This document shows, in pieces, positions 37,605 through 48,300 of a stretch of DNA of 64,000 nt (the stretch's first letter is position 1; each line of letters starts with the position of its first letter). The stretch spans positions 64,028-128,027 of the forward strand of contig PMCS01000024.1 in assembly GCA_003154195.1 (NCBI GenBank). Reading direction: 5' to 3'. The DNA is from Candidatus Omnitrophota bacterium (lineage in GTDB: Bacteria; Omnitrophota; Gorgyraeia; Duberdicusellales; 4484-171). The notes under the pieces are model-generated. The model worked only from the letters and a program-made list of their open reading frames with translations, searched no databases and had not been told where the DNA came from. Position numbers and translations under genes: made by a program.

Positions 37605-38609
37605 CTATTTTTTCCCAAAAACAGAAATCGGAGCCGTGTAGTGCCCGGCGACGATGATTTCCTTCGCGCCATCGCCGTTAATATCGCCGAAGGCGATAGA
37701 ATCGATCCAAGTCGGATAATTGTAATTCCACAAAAGTTCTCCGTCTTCGTCAAAAACAAGAATCATGGTTTCTCCGACAAAATCGCCGGGTTGCGGTACT
37801 AAAATAACAGTTTCCATTTTACTATCGTTAAATAAATCAACCTTAGAAACATTCCTGTTCGAAAAATCGTAAGCTTTCTGGTTGATGACAAATTTCCCAG
37901 AAGGTTTACTCATGAAGCCATCGTCAGCTTCAATGATTTTTTGGTAAAGCGGATCATCTGGGGATATCTCAACTAATTCCCTATCTTTAATGTCTTGTTG
38001 ATTAATTTTGAGGGAATAAACATGATTTTCATTAGTAAAAGCCAGACCGGTTACCGCTAAAAGCTCATTGACGCCATCGCCATCGATATCCCGAATAAAA
38101 AGTTTCTTGGTCTGCCTTGATTTTACAGGAAATTCTTTTATCAACTGACAGTTACGATCAAATATTTTAAGCCGATAGCTATTCGAATCGTATATATCAG
38201 CAAGCGCGATAGTCACTAATTCTTTTTTCCCGTCATTATTGAGGTCCGCAGTAATCAATTTCTCAACAGAATTATCAGAATCCCCTGCGAAACATTTAGC
38301 TTTTAAAGTCCAGTCGGCGCTGCGAACATAAATATTCCCGTTGTTCTCATTGCCGCCGGTTTTATAAACTATCTCGATCTTGCCGTCGCCGTCTATATCG
38401 TCAACCAGCATGGAATTGGCGTAAAACTCCTTGGGAAATTCTTTTAGCAAAGCAAAATTAATCTTATTAACTGGTTGTTCTGAAAACACTTCTGAATCGG
38501 CATGTTTGCCGAGATTGTCTTGTCCGAAGGCGCTCATCAAAGCAAGATAATAAAAAACTGCCGAAACAATAATCGCCAAATTTATTTTATATAGCTTATT
38601 AATTTTCAT
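37605..38609 (-). CDS. secreted FG-GAP/VCBS-repeat protein
   Basis: Repeated DxDGDGxxE motifs (DIDGDGKIE, DLNNDGKKE, DIDGDGVNE, DINGDGAKE); N-terminal signal/TM. Confidence 0.85.
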   Translation of the reverse strand: MKINKLYKINLAIIVSAVFYYLALMSAFGQDNLGKHADSEVFSEQPVNKINFALLKEFPKEFYANSMLVDDIDGDGKIEIVYKTGGNENNGNIYVRSADWTLKAKCFAGDSDNSVEKLITADLNNDGKKELVTIALADIYDSNSYRLKIFDRNCQLIKEFPVKSRQTKKLFIRDIDGDGVNELLAVTGLAFTNENHVYSLKINQQDIKDRELVEISPDDPLYQKIIEADDGFMSKPSGKFVINQKAYDFSNRNVSKVDLFNDSKMETVILVPQPGDFVGETMILVFDEDGELLWNYNYPTWIDSIAFGDINGDGAKEIIVAGHYTAPISVFGKK

Positions 38610-38646
38610 TCTCCCTCCTGTTTGAACGCCAGGGCTTTAGTTTTAG

Positions 38647-39387
38647 TCAAAAAATTCTCGCCTCTCCCGGCGCTTCCAAAAAAATACTATACTCAAGATG
38701 ATGCGCCAGGAATTTTTCTAAAATATTGATGATTTTTTTTTCGCAGCTGCCGCTCAGGCTAAGACGAAGAGCTTTCGCGAATTCCGCTTCCTGGATGTAG
38801 CGCATCGACGAAGCGACGTCGCCGCTTATTTTTCTGGCGTCGGCGGCGCGCGCCGAGCAGCGCGGGCAGAGAAGCCCGCCATGGGACACGCTAAAGGAAA
38901 AAACGCCGCCTAATTTACCGGCACATGAGATACAGGCGTTGAACTCCGGTTTCAGCCCAGAAAGAACCAGGTACTTAAGTAAAAATATACACATGACTTT
39001 GCGTTCGTTGTGGCGCATCAGCGCTTCGAGGCTTTCCGCCAGCAAATAAAAAACTTCCGGGTTTTTATCCCACAGCGGCATGGTGCTGTCGATCAGATTA
39101 AGAAAGACCGCCGCGACGCGCGTCTTGCCGATGCTTGTCCGCGTATAGGGATAATCCTGGAGGAGTTCCGCGAAAGAAATCAGCCAGATCTCGCGCCGCT
39201 TGGGATAAAAAATAAATTCATTAAGCGTGAACGGTTCGAGAGTCGAACTGAATTCTTTTTTCTGGGTGTAAAATCCTTTGCAGATACCGACAATTTTGCC
39301 TAAATTTTTGGTATAAATATTGGCGATGACGCTGGTATCGCGAAAATTATAGCGGGATAAAATAAATCCGAGGTCTTTTTGTACCAT
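38647..39387 (-). CDS. recO: DNA repair protein RecO
   Basis: N-terminal OB fold (GFILSR..DTSVI..LGKI..LEPF) and Zn finger CISC..GGLLCPRC. Confidence 0.9.
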   Translation of the reverse strand: MVQKDLGFILSRYNFRDTSVIANIYTKNLGKIVGICKGFYTQKKEFSSTLEPFTLNEFIFYPKRREIWLISFAELLQDYPYTRTSIGKTRVAAVFLNLIDSTMPLWDKNPEVFYLLAESLEALMRHNERKVMCIFLLKYLVLSGLKPEFNACISCAGKLGGVFSFSVSHGGLLCPRCSARAADARKISGDVASSMRYIQEAEFAKALRLSLSGSCEKKIINILEKFLAHHLEYSIFLEAPGEARIF

Positions 39388-39434
39388 ATTTTTTTACTGC
39401 GTAAAAAAATATATCCTTCATCCGCTTCGCGGAT
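39388..39434. repeat. E1 element (uninterrupted form) at the recO start
   Basis: CAT-ATTTTTTTACTGCGTAAAAAAAT-ATATCCTTC-ATCCGCTTCGCGGAT. Confidence 0.8.
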
Positions 39435-39528
39435 GAAAACATATTATAGATATTTTAAAACCCCGCCTTTCTTCCATATATTTGAATATTAACCGGAAAA
39501 ATGCCTTAAAGCATTTTTCCGGCCTCTT

Positions 39529-39957
39529 TTAACCTTGATAACGCTTTAGCGTTATTAAGGTTAAAAGCGCGTTTTGCTTCTTCTCCATCCTCGCCCGTTC
39601 CTTTTTCGTTCCGTCTTTGTAGCCGAGTAAGTGCAGGATACCGTGAATAATGTAAAGCCACAGCTCTTCCTGCCAGGTATGGCCGTATTCCGGCGCGGCG
39701 GCGACGGCTTCCGGGACACAGACGATAACTTCGCCGATACTGTCATCATATCGATCAGCCAGGGGAAAAGCGATGACGTCGGTCGGGTTATCGCAGCCGA
39801 AGGCCTTTCTATTCAGCTGCCTGATAAATCCCCGGCCGCAGAAAACAAGCGATACGCTTCCCGAAGAAATACCGAGGCTCTTCAGGATTTTTTTTACGCC
39901 TTGGCGCAAAAGATTATTGCCCAGCCTCTTCTTTTGCCGATTTATTATCTCAATCAT
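39529..39957 (-). CDS. ybeY: rRNA maturation RNase YbeY
   Basis: LNR..PTDVIAF, GEVIVC, HGILHLLGY; likely start ATG 39957. Confidence 0.9.
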   Translation of the reverse strand: MIEIINRQKKRLGNNLLRQGVKKILKSLGISSGSVSLVFCGRGFIRQLNRKAFGCDNPTDVIAFPLADRYDDSIGEVIVCVPEAVAAAPEYGHTWQEELWLYIIHGILHLLGYKDGTKKERARMEKKQNALLTLITLKRYQG

Positions 39958-40139
39958 ATTTTTTGCTTCCAAACTGTGTCTCAATGCCCTTACTTCTAAA
40001 ATAAAAAAGCAGGATGGCGACACAGTTTGTCAGCAAAAAATATCCGTCATCCGCTTCGTCCCGATGCGCCTGAATATCGCGAAAATCTCCTTCGGATATT
40101 TTCGCGAGGCTTCTGGGGCTCCACTTACGCTTCGCGGAT
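39958..40139. mobile_element. E1 element at the ybeY start with two nested insertions
   Basis: AAACTGTGTC..GACACAGTTT element (39971..40028) in the first hairpin, plus the 69-bp insert (40059..40127) also seen at polX. Confidence 0.75.
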
Positions 40140-40211
40140 AAAAGAAAAATATTACTTTTGCTCAGAACCAATCTTCCGGCCGTATCCAGCCAAAAAATAA
40201 GGGAAAGTTTG

Positions 40212-40257
40212 CTCGCTAAAAGTTAGAAACTTTTGGCGAAGTCTCGCCGTTAGCGGA
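40212..40257. repeat. E2 element inserted at TTTG^AA
   Basis: GGGAAAGTTTG[insert]AAAACCGCAAGGTTTTC; the uninterrupted site GGGGAAAGTTTGAAAACCGCAGGTTTTC is at 50381. Confidence 0.7.
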
Positions 40258-40312
40258 AAAACCGCAAGGTTTTCATTTATCTACCCAGCACTAATTTTTG
40301 CTATAGAAAAAA

Positions 40313-41728
40313 TTAGTGCTGGGTAGTAGGGTAATTTATCCGGGCATGGAAAAGAGCGTTAAGCGTCCTGATAAAACTCTGAGATATTTTTTCCAGGTCT
40401 TTCAGGGTCAGGCGGCTTTCGTCAAGTTCGCCGTCGGCAAGCCGCGCTCGAATGATCTCTTTAACCGTTTCTTCGATCCGGGAAGGATTGGGCTCATCGA
40501 GCGTCCGCGAAGACGCTTCAATGCTGTCAGCCAGAGCAACGATAGCGGTTTCTTTGTTTTGCGGCTTGGGGCCGGGGTAACGGTATTCTTCTTCATCCTG
40601 ATAGTTCTCGCATTCCAATTCTTTAGCGCGGTGGTAGAAATACTGGACCACGCTTCGGCCGTGATGCTGCATAATAAAATCGATGATCCGGGGGTTAAGG
40701 CGATATTTGTTTGCCAGGTCTACCCCATCTTTGACATGATTAATAATAATCAGCTTGCTCATCGACGGTTTAAGGTCTTTATGGCCATCGTGGTAACCAA
40801 TCTGGTTTTCAATAAAATAATGGGGCTTGTTGATTTTACCGATATCATGATAGTAGGCGCCGACGCGGGCCAGCAAAGAATTCGCGCCAATACTTTCAGC
40901 CGCAGCTTCGCTCAAGTTTGCCACAACCAGGGAGTGCTGATATGTTCCCGGGGCTTCCAGAATCATGGTCTTTAAAAGCGGGTGGTTAGAATCGGACAGT
41001 TCCAAGAGCGAGATGTTCGTCACTACTTTGAAGACATATTCGAAGATATACAATACCCCGGTGACGATTATCGGCAGCAGCACTATGGTTATCCCGAACG
41101 ACACCCCTCCGATCAGCAGGGTCGATAGCGCGAATTTCTGAGACATGATGAATAAATTATCGGAGTTTTCCAGCATAAAAGCGATAAAAAATACAAGGGA
41201 TGAGAAAAACGCGGCTTTAACGATTTGCGAACGGCGCCTCAGCCGGTAGCTGGCCATGGCGGCGGATAACGAAGCGCAGAATATCGCCGTGCCGGTACCG
41301 AAATTTTCTCCTTCCATCGTCGCGCTGAAAATCGACATGAAGATCGAGAACATCAACGACAGCTCAAGGTTATCAAAAAGCACCGCGATAATCATGGAAA
41401 ACCCGATGGCGGAAATACCCAGCGCGGAGAATTTCAATATATTTAGATTGACCAAAGCCAGGTTACTGAAAAAAATAGGGGTCAAAAATAACGAAATCGC
41501 CAGAAAAACAATCATAATCAAACCTACCAGCAGGAGAAAATCTATTGACGGCGGCAAGTTTTCTATTTTTTTGATAAATTTAGCGTAAGCGTAAAGAATC
41601 GCCAGGGCCAGAAGCGGAGAAAGGTTTATTGAATACAGCCATAGGGTAAAACCAGCGGCGATAAAAAAAATAAGCGGCACGATACACGGAACAAAGCTAT
41701 ACTTTTTTCTGGTTGGCGAAATTTTCAT
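40313..41728 (-). CDS. membrane HDIG phosphohydrolase (7TM-HD, PgpH/YqfF-like)
   Basis: Multiple TM helices then APGTYQHS, YYHDIGK, HHG, ADSIEA; usual neighbour of ybeY. Confidence 0.9.
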   Translation of the reverse strand: MKISPTRKKYSFVPCIVPLIFFIAAGFTLWLYSINLSPLLALAILYAYAKFIKKIENLPPSIDFLLLVGLIMIVFLAISLFLTPIFFSNLALVNLNILKFSALGISAIGFSMIIAVLFDNLELSLMFSIFMSIFSATMEGENFGTGTAIFCASLSAAMASYRLRRRSQIVKAAFFSSLVFFIAFMLENSDNLFIMSQKFALSTLLIGGVSFGITIVLLPIIVTGVLYIFEYVFKVVTNISLLELSDSNHPLLKTMILEAPGTYQHSLVVANLSEAAAESIGANSLLARVGAYYHDIGKINKPHYFIENQIGYHDGHKDLKPSMSKLIIINHVKDGVDLANKYRLNPRIIDFIMQHHGRSVVQYFYHRAKELECENYQDEEEYRYPGPKPQNKETAIVALADSIEASSRTLDEPNPSRIEETVKEIIRARLADGELDESRLTLKDLEKISQSFIRTLNALFHARINYPTTQH

Positions 41729-41734
41729 AGGTAA

Positions 41735-41879
41735 ACCCCGTTAGAGAACTTCGTTCTCTAACGGCATTGCGCGACGGCGGCATTAAACCGCCGTCTGCTT
41801 CCGGATATATACCACCGACTCCATCGGCTTGTCCCGTTAGAAGCGTACTTCTAACGGGATGAACTTTCTCTAACGGGGT
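41735..41879. mobile_element. MITE-like element with ACCCCGTTAGAGA terminal inverted repeats and internal sub-copies
   Basis: ACCCCGTTAGAGA...TCTCTAACGGGGT ends; internal CCGTTAGA/TCTAACGG hairpins. Confidence 0.75.
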
Positions 41880-41897
41880 AAAGCCGACCGGCCGCTT

Positions 41898-43298
41898 TCA
41901 GCGGCCGGGTTTTCCCTTTTCTTCTTCGATTACCTTGATGCTGAGTTCTTTTAATTGCCGTGGTTCAACCGTCGACGGCGCCTGAGACAAGGGACAGGTG
42001 CCTTTTTGCGTTTTAGGAAAAGCAATCACGTCGCGGATGCTTTCCGAACCAGTGACGATGGCGCACAGCCGGTCCAGGCCGAAGGCTATCCCGCCGTGCA
42101 CGGGAGCGCCATATTTAAAAGCGTCCAGCAGAAAACCGAATTTTTTCTTCGCGTCGTCATCGGATATCCCGAGAATACTGAATATTTTAGCTTGAAGGGA
42201 ACTGGAGTGAATTCTTATCGAGCCGCCGGCGATTTCGTTTCCGTTTAAAATAAGGTCATAGGCCCGGGCACGGACTTTCGCGAATTCTCCGTTTTCCAGC
42301 AACGGAATATCTTCCGGTTTAGGTGAAGTGAACGGGTGGTGGCAGGCTTGCCAGCGTTTTTCTTCATTGTTATATTCAAAAAGAGGAAAATCAACAACCC
42401 AGAGAAAACGAAATTCCCCCTCTCCGGCGTCGGGCTTATCTGACTTGTATTTTTCCATCGCCTCTTTATAGGGCAGCCGTAAAAACGGCGTTTTTATTTC
42501 CTTGCCCAGCGCTTCCTTAAAGGTATAGGCGACCAGTTCTTCGATTAAAGCAATAATATCTTCTTCGTCGATAAACGATAATTCCATATCCAGCTGGGTG
42601 AATTCCGGCTGGCGGTCTTTTCTTAAGTCTTCATCCCGAAAACAGCGCGCCATTTGATAATAACGGTCGATACCGGCAACCATCAATATTTGTTTAAAAA
42701 GCTGGGGCGACTGGGGCAAAGCGTAGAATTGTCCGGGCATCAGGCGCGAGGGAACCAGAAAATCGCGCGCGCCTTCCGGCGTTGATTTGGTAAGAAAAGG
42801 TGTCTCGATCTCCAGGAATCCTTTATTGTTCAAAAAGTTACGCAATGTCTGGCTGAGTTTGTGGCGAATAATTAATTTATTTAGCATGCTGGGCCGCCGG
42901 ATATCGAGATAGCGGTAAGCCAGCCTTGTTTCTTCGCCCACATCGATATTGTCATCGACCGAAAACGGCAAATCGCCGCAATTATTTATTATTTCCAGGC
43001 TCTGCGCCAGCATTTCTACGTAACCGCTGGCCAGCTTGGGGTTTTCTGTTCCCGCCGGCCGCAGGTTGATAATGCCCTTGAGCCTTATGACGTCTTCATT
43101 CCTTAATTTTTTTGCCTTATCATACATCTCTTTATCGGGTTTAGGCAGGAAAATCACCTGAACCAGGCCATAGCGGTCGCGGATATCGATAAAAATAACT
43201 TTTCCGTGGTCGCGGCGGTTGGCTACCCATCCGCAAAGAGCCACTTCCTTGCCTACCAGTTCCTGCCTGATATCTCCGCACGTGTGAGTCCGTAACAT
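41898..43298 (-). CDS. aspS: aspartate-tRNA ligase (bacterial type, lacking the GAD insertion domain)
   Basis: RTHTCG, STPEGARDFLVP, LPQSPQLFKQ, FRDED, HGGIAFGLDR; only 466 aa. Confidence 0.96.
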   Translation of the reverse strand: MLRTHTCGDIRQELVGKEVALCGWVANRRDHGKVIFIDIRDRYGLVQVIFLPKPDKEMYDKAKKLRNEDVIRLKGIINLRPAGTENPKLASGYVEMLAQSLEIINNCGDLPFSVDDNIDVGEETRLAYRYLDIRRPSMLNKLIIRHKLSQTLRNFLNNKGFLEIETPFLTKSTPEGARDFLVPSRLMPGQFYALPQSPQLFKQILMVAGIDRYYQMARCFRDEDLRKDRQPEFTQLDMELSFIDEEDIIALIEELVAYTFKEALGKEIKTPFLRLPYKEAMEKYKSDKPDAGEGEFRFLWVVDFPLFEYNNEEKRWQACHHPFTSPKPEDIPLLENGEFAKVRARAYDLILNGNEIAGGSIRIHSSSLQAKIFSILGISDDDAKKKFGFLLDAFKYGAPVHGGIAFGLDRLCAIVTGSESIRDVIAFPKTQKGTCPLSQAPSTVEPRQLKELSIKVIEEEKGKPGR

Positions 43299-43335
43299 TG
43301 CAACCTCCTTTAAAAAATTTGGTTCTGTTAAAAAT

Positions 43336-43541
43336 TAACCACAGAGGCCACAGAAAAATTATTAAAACTAACGAGTTGCAGATATTTTATTTATCTTTAT
43401 CTCTGCGTACTCAATCTACCAGTTTTTTATATTTTTCCTAAATTTGCCAATGTGGGAAGTTATAAACCTTTTCAAATACAAAAACAGGTATTTATATGAG
43501 AACGCAGAGATTTAGTTTTTCTCTGAGTTCTCTGTGGTAAA
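43336..43541. repeat. 9-bp-periodic palindromic arms (ACCACAGAG type) between hisS and aspS
   Basis: AACCACAGAGGCCACAGA...CTCTGAGTTCTCTGTGGTAA, plus an inner TCTCTGCGTACTC/GAGAACGCAGAGA pair; the right arm lies in the hisS 3' end. Confidence 0.7.
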
Positions 43542-44774
43542 ATTTTTTATTTTATTTGTAAGATCGTCTATTTTCACTTTTTCCTGTCCCGATGTCTGCA
43601 TATTTTTAAGCATCACGCAATTTTCTTTGATTTCTTCATCGCCCACCAGCACTACATAGCGGACGCCCAATCGTTGCGCGTAACGGAATTGCCCCTTTAA
43701 CGATTTTTCGCAATGGTCGGTTTCCGTGTTGATGCCGGCGTCGCGCAGCTGTTGTGTAATCATGAAGGCCGGGGATTGCATCGCCGGGCTGGTAGCGGCT
43801 ACATAGACAGCAACAACCGTTTCATTTTTCGGTTCCCCCAGCGCGATCAGCATACGTTCGATCCCCAGGGCAAATCCGATTGCCGGAATTGACGGCCCGC
43901 CAAGGCGTTCCACCAGCGTATCGTAACGGCCGCCGGCGCCAATCGCGTCCTGCGCGCCTAAACGTTGGGAAGTAAACTCAAAAACAGTTCCGGTATAATA
44001 ATCAAGCCCTCTGACCAGATAGGGGTCATAAACAAAGGCTACCCCTGCTTCCTTAATCAGGCGCCCTAAATCGTCGAATCTATCCTTGCAGGGGGCGCAC
44101 AGATGTGCCCCCTCAAGATTAAGCCCTTTAACAATATTTTTGCATTTATCATTTTTGCAATCGATGATCCGCAGGGGATTTTTTTCCCGGCGCCGCCGGC
44201 AATCTTCGCATAAATGGCCGGCGTGCTCCCGGATTCTTTCTACCAGCAAGCGCGAAAACGCTTCTTTATCCCGCAAACAGCCCAAGGTATTGATTTTCAG
44301 CTCAACTTCGCCGACTCCGGCCTGCGCCAGAATCTGGGAAGCGGTTTTTATCACCTCAGCATCGAGCGATACGCGGTGAGAACCGAATACTTCCACGCCG
44401 ATCTGATTGAATTGGCGCAATCTCCCCCTTTGCGGCCGTTCGCCCCGGAACATCGAACCGATATAAAAAAATTTATAGAAATCGCTTTGCTTATGCAGTG
44501 AATTTTCCAGAAAAAACCGGACGGTTTGCGCCGTGCCTTCGGGCCGAAGAATAATATTATCCTTGCCTTCGATCTTGAGCATTTGCCGCTCAACGATATC
44601 CGTTGCTTCGCCCACGCCCTTACGAAATACCCCCTCATCTTCCAGCACCGGCAGGATGATTTCCTGATAGGCGTACCGTTCCAGTACCGCGCGGGCATCC
44701 CCGACCAGGTTGTTGAATTGCCGGGCTAACGCCGGGTGATAATCTTGAGTGCCTTTAACACCTGTATAAATCAT
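43512..44774 (-). CDS. hisS: histidine-tRNA ligase
   Basis: LRPEGTA, FRGERPQRGRLRQF, LVRGLDYYT, GGRYD, GFALGIER. Confidence 0.97.
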   Translation of the reverse strand: MIYTGVKGTQDYHPALARQFNNLVGDARAVLERYAYQEIILPVLEDEGVFRKGVGEATDIVERQMLKIEGKDNIILRPEGTAQTVRFFLENSLHKQSDFYKFFYIGSMFRGERPQRGRLRQFNQIGVEVFGSHRVSLDAEVIKTASQILAQAGVGEVELKINTLGCLRDKEAFSRLLVERIREHAGHLCEDCRRRREKNPLRIIDCKNDKCKNIVKGLNLEGAHLCAPCKDRFDDLGRLIKEAGVAFVYDPYLVRGLDYYTGTVFEFTSQRLGAQDAIGAGGRYDTLVERLGGPSIPAIGFALGIERMLIALGEPKNETVVAVYVAATSPAMQSPAFMITQQLRDAGINTETDHCEKSLKGQFRYAQRLGVRYVVLVGDEEIKENCVMLKNMQTSGQEKVKIDDLTNKIKNFTTENSEKN

Positions 44775-44790
44775 TTTTTTAAAGTTTTGA

Positions 44791-44950
44791 CTTAGGCAAT
44801 GGCTACGGCAAAGATGCCGGTATAAAAACTTGGCTAGGGTAAGGGTAACGATGCCCGTATGGATATGGCTATGGTTGGGTCTTAAAATTCGTATCAGCCC
44901 TTCCCCTTACCTTTGCCCAAACCGGCTTCCTTGCCCTAACCTTAACCATA
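44791..44950. repeat. imperfect palindrome with 6-bp-periodic arms
   Basis: GGCTAG/GGTAAG/GGTAAC units versus CTTCCC/CTTACC/CTAACC/TTAACC units. Confidence 0.55.
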
Positions 44951-44962
44951 TATTTTTTAATA

Positions 44963-45241
44963 TTATTGTTTCAACATTATCCCCTTCATTCCCATGCCGG
45001 GTTTAAAGACGACTTTATACCGCTCCGGAACAGAAACAACCGCTCCGGTTTTGGGGTTTCGGGCAATGCGACGCTTGCGCTTTTTAACCGCAAACACGCC
45101 GAAGTGACGCAATTCGATACGCTCGCCGTTCCTAAGAGCAGCCATAATCACATCGAATGTTTTCTGTACTACCCCCATCACCACGACTTGCTTTATTCCG
45201 GTTTCCTGAATAATTTTTAAAACAATATCACGCTTACGCAT
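44963..45241 (-). CDS. HU/IHF family DNA-binding protein
   Basis: IELRHFGVF..RIARNPKTG..VFKPG. Confidence 0.93.
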   Translation of the reverse strand: MRKRDIVLKIIQETGIKQVVVMGVVQKTFDVIMAALRNGERIELRHFGVFAVKKRKRRIARNPKTGAVVSVPERYKVVFKPGMGMKGIMLKQ

Positions 45242-45384
45242 GTCTCCTCCCTTTCTCGTATTTTAAAATAACAACCATCGACACTAGACTTAGAATTGTT
45301 ATTTTTTGTAACTCCAATTATACCAGACTGTTGCATAACTTCTATATTAATTTTTCCGGCTTGACTAACGGCAAGCCGGAAAAA

Positions 45385-48300
45385 TCATAACGTCAACGCC
45401 AAGTTACCCGCGCCAACCAGGGCACCGATTTCTTTTAAATTTTCCTGAGTAGGGCTGAGGCCGATATTGACGCCGCTTTTGATTTTTAATCCCTGGAATT
45501 TAGAATCCCTGAAAACAAACAGTACCGGCACCGTACCTTTATTACTGGCAAAAATATTTTTTAATTCCGCGATCGGCAATTTATTGTTTTCGATAAAAAT
45601 ACGGATATCTTTCAGATGAGACATGAGCTGGTCTATAGGAATGACCCGTTCGACCAGAATCTTGGGAATTTTATCTTTCGCTTCAAGCTTTCCTTTTATC
45701 ACCAGGATTGATTTTTCGTTTAAATACTGCGCGGTTTGCTCGAAGAGCTTAGGAAAAACAAACGCTTCCACGCCGGCAGTTTCATCCTCAAGTTTGAGAA
45801 TCGCCATCCGCGCACCGGTTTTTTTTGTCAAGATCACTCTTACTTTATCCAAAATCGCGCAAATATTTATTTCCTGGCGGGTTTCCTGTTCATACAGCGA
45901 TGCGATCTCATCCCGTTTTATGTATTTGATAAATTCGGCGTAGGAAAATAAAGGATGGCTGGTGACATAGAGGCCCAGCAGAGTTTTTTCGAAGCTTAGA
46001 ATCTGTTCCATCGGCCATTCTTCGATCTCGGGGATACTTTTATCTTTTTTTGTTTCAAAAAAGGTCAACTGCGAAGCATCGATTTTTTTCCCGTCTTTAG
46101 TGAGCAGCCGGTCCATCAGTGCCATCATTTGCGCTCGCTTCAGGCCGAAACTATCCATCGCGCCGGATTTTATCAGGCTTTCGATAACTTTTTTATTAAC
46201 GGTGCGGGAATCGACGCGGTCGGCGAAATCAAAAATATCTTCGAATTTTTTTTCTTTGCGGACGTTTAGAATACTCTCTAAAGCCGCAGCACCGACATTT
46301 TTTATCGCCATCAGCCCGAAACGGATATTGTTATCGTCGGTTACCGTAAAATTGGTGAAGCTGATATTGACATCCGGCGGCAGGATTTTAATTCCCATAT
46401 TACCGGCTTCATTTACATATTCCACTACTTTATCGGTATTATTTCGTTCACTGGTCAGTAATGCCGCGACAAATTCAACCGGGTAATTCGCTTTTAAATA
46501 AGCGGTTTGATAGGAAATCATCGCGTAAGCGGCGGAGTGTGATTTGTTAAAGCCATAACCCGAAAAGAAATCGATTAAATCGAATATTTGATTGGCGATA
46601 TTAATGTTTATATTATTTTTTTTACATCCTTCGACAAACGATGTTCTCTGCTCTTCCATTATTTCGGGTATCTTCTTTCCGATGGCTTTACGTAAAAGAT
46701 CAGCCTGGGCCATACTGAAGCCCGCAAGTTTGGAAACGATCTGCATGGTTTGTTCCTGATAAAGAATGATCCCGTAAGTCTCGTTCAGAACTGATTCCAG
46801 TAAAGGATGCAGATAAGTAACTTTTTTTCTGCCTTGTTTGCGTTCGATGAAATCGTCGACCATGCCGCTTCCCAAAGGGCCGGGGCGGTAAAGAGCGAGC
46901 ACCGCGATTAAATCTTCGAAACGCGTAGGGTTAATCTTGCGCAGGATTTCCCGCATCCCCCGGCTTTCCAGTTGGAAAACGCCGATGGTTTTTGCTTCCA
47001 CGAGAAGCCGAAAAGTTTTTTTATCGTCAAGCGCCAAGGAATCGATATCAATATCGATTCCCCTGGTACGTTTAATAATTTTTGAAGTATCGGCGATCAC
47101 CGTCAAGGTCTTCAAACCCAGGAAGTCCATTTTCAGCAAACCGGTTTTTTCCAGCGACTCCATGTCAAAACCGGTTACCAATTCGCCTTCGCTACCGCGG
47201 GACAAAGGGGTCCTCTCGATCAGCGGCCGGTCGGATATAACTACGCCGGCGGCGTGCGTCGAAGCATGGCGCGACAGGCCTTCCAGCCTCACGGCGACAT
47301 CGATGAGCTTTTTTATCCGCTCATCGGTTTTATAAATTGCCGCCAGTTCCGGCGTATTTTTTATCGCTTCATTAAGGGTTACCTGGTGGCCGATAATCTG
47401 AGGTATCATTTTCGCTATTTTATCAACTTCGCTATACGCGAAATCCATGGCTCTTCCTACATCGCGGACAACCGCTCTTGCCTGCATTGTTCCAAATGTT
47501 ATTATCTGGGCTACATTATCTTTGCCGTATTTTTGCGCGACATATTCGATAACGCGGCTGCGTTTTTCATAGCAGAAATCCATGTCGATATCGGGCATGG
47601 AAATCCTGGCAGGATTTAAAAATCTTTCAAAGAGAAGATTATATTTTAATGGGTTGATGCTGGTAATACCAAGCAAGTAGCTTACGATACTGCCGGCGGA
47701 CGAGCCTCTTCCCGGCCCCACCGGAATATTATTTTCTCTGGCAAATTTTATAAGGTCCCAGACAATCAGGAAGTAACTGGGAAAACCCATCTTATTGATA
47801 ACGCCCAGTTCATAATCGAGCCGGTCGTTAATTTCTTTTGAAGCGCCCGGAAAACGCCGGGGCAGATTTTCATAACAGATTTTTTTTAAGAGTTCCTCAT
47901 CGGATTGGCCATGGGGCAGGGGAAAATGGGGAAGGTGGAATTTCGAAAATTCCATCGTAAGGTTACACTTCTGAGTTATCTCGAGAGTATTTTTGACCGC
48001 CTGAGGTATTTCGGCAAAGATCGATTTCATTTCCGCGGGGCTGCGAAAATAAAAGGTATCGCTGCTGAATTTAAAACGTTTGGGGTCGGAAATGGTTGTC
48101 TGGGTTTGGATGCATAACAATACTTCGTGGGCAAATGAGTCGCTGCGGTCAAGATAATGCACGTCGTTGGTCGCGACAACCGGGATATCTAACTCCCGGG
48201 AGATCTTCATCAGGCATTGGTTTACTTTTACCTGCTCGGCTATCCCGTTTTCCATTATCTCCAGGTAAAAATTGCCTTTGCCGAAAATGTTCAGATAGTC

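Noticed and set aside
45351-45384. Intrinsic terminator after dnaE (also the similar hairpin at 20511)
   Set aside because: The layout is TTTTT-hairpin-AAAAA on both strands, so there is no U-tract after the stem; treated as a palindromic repeat.
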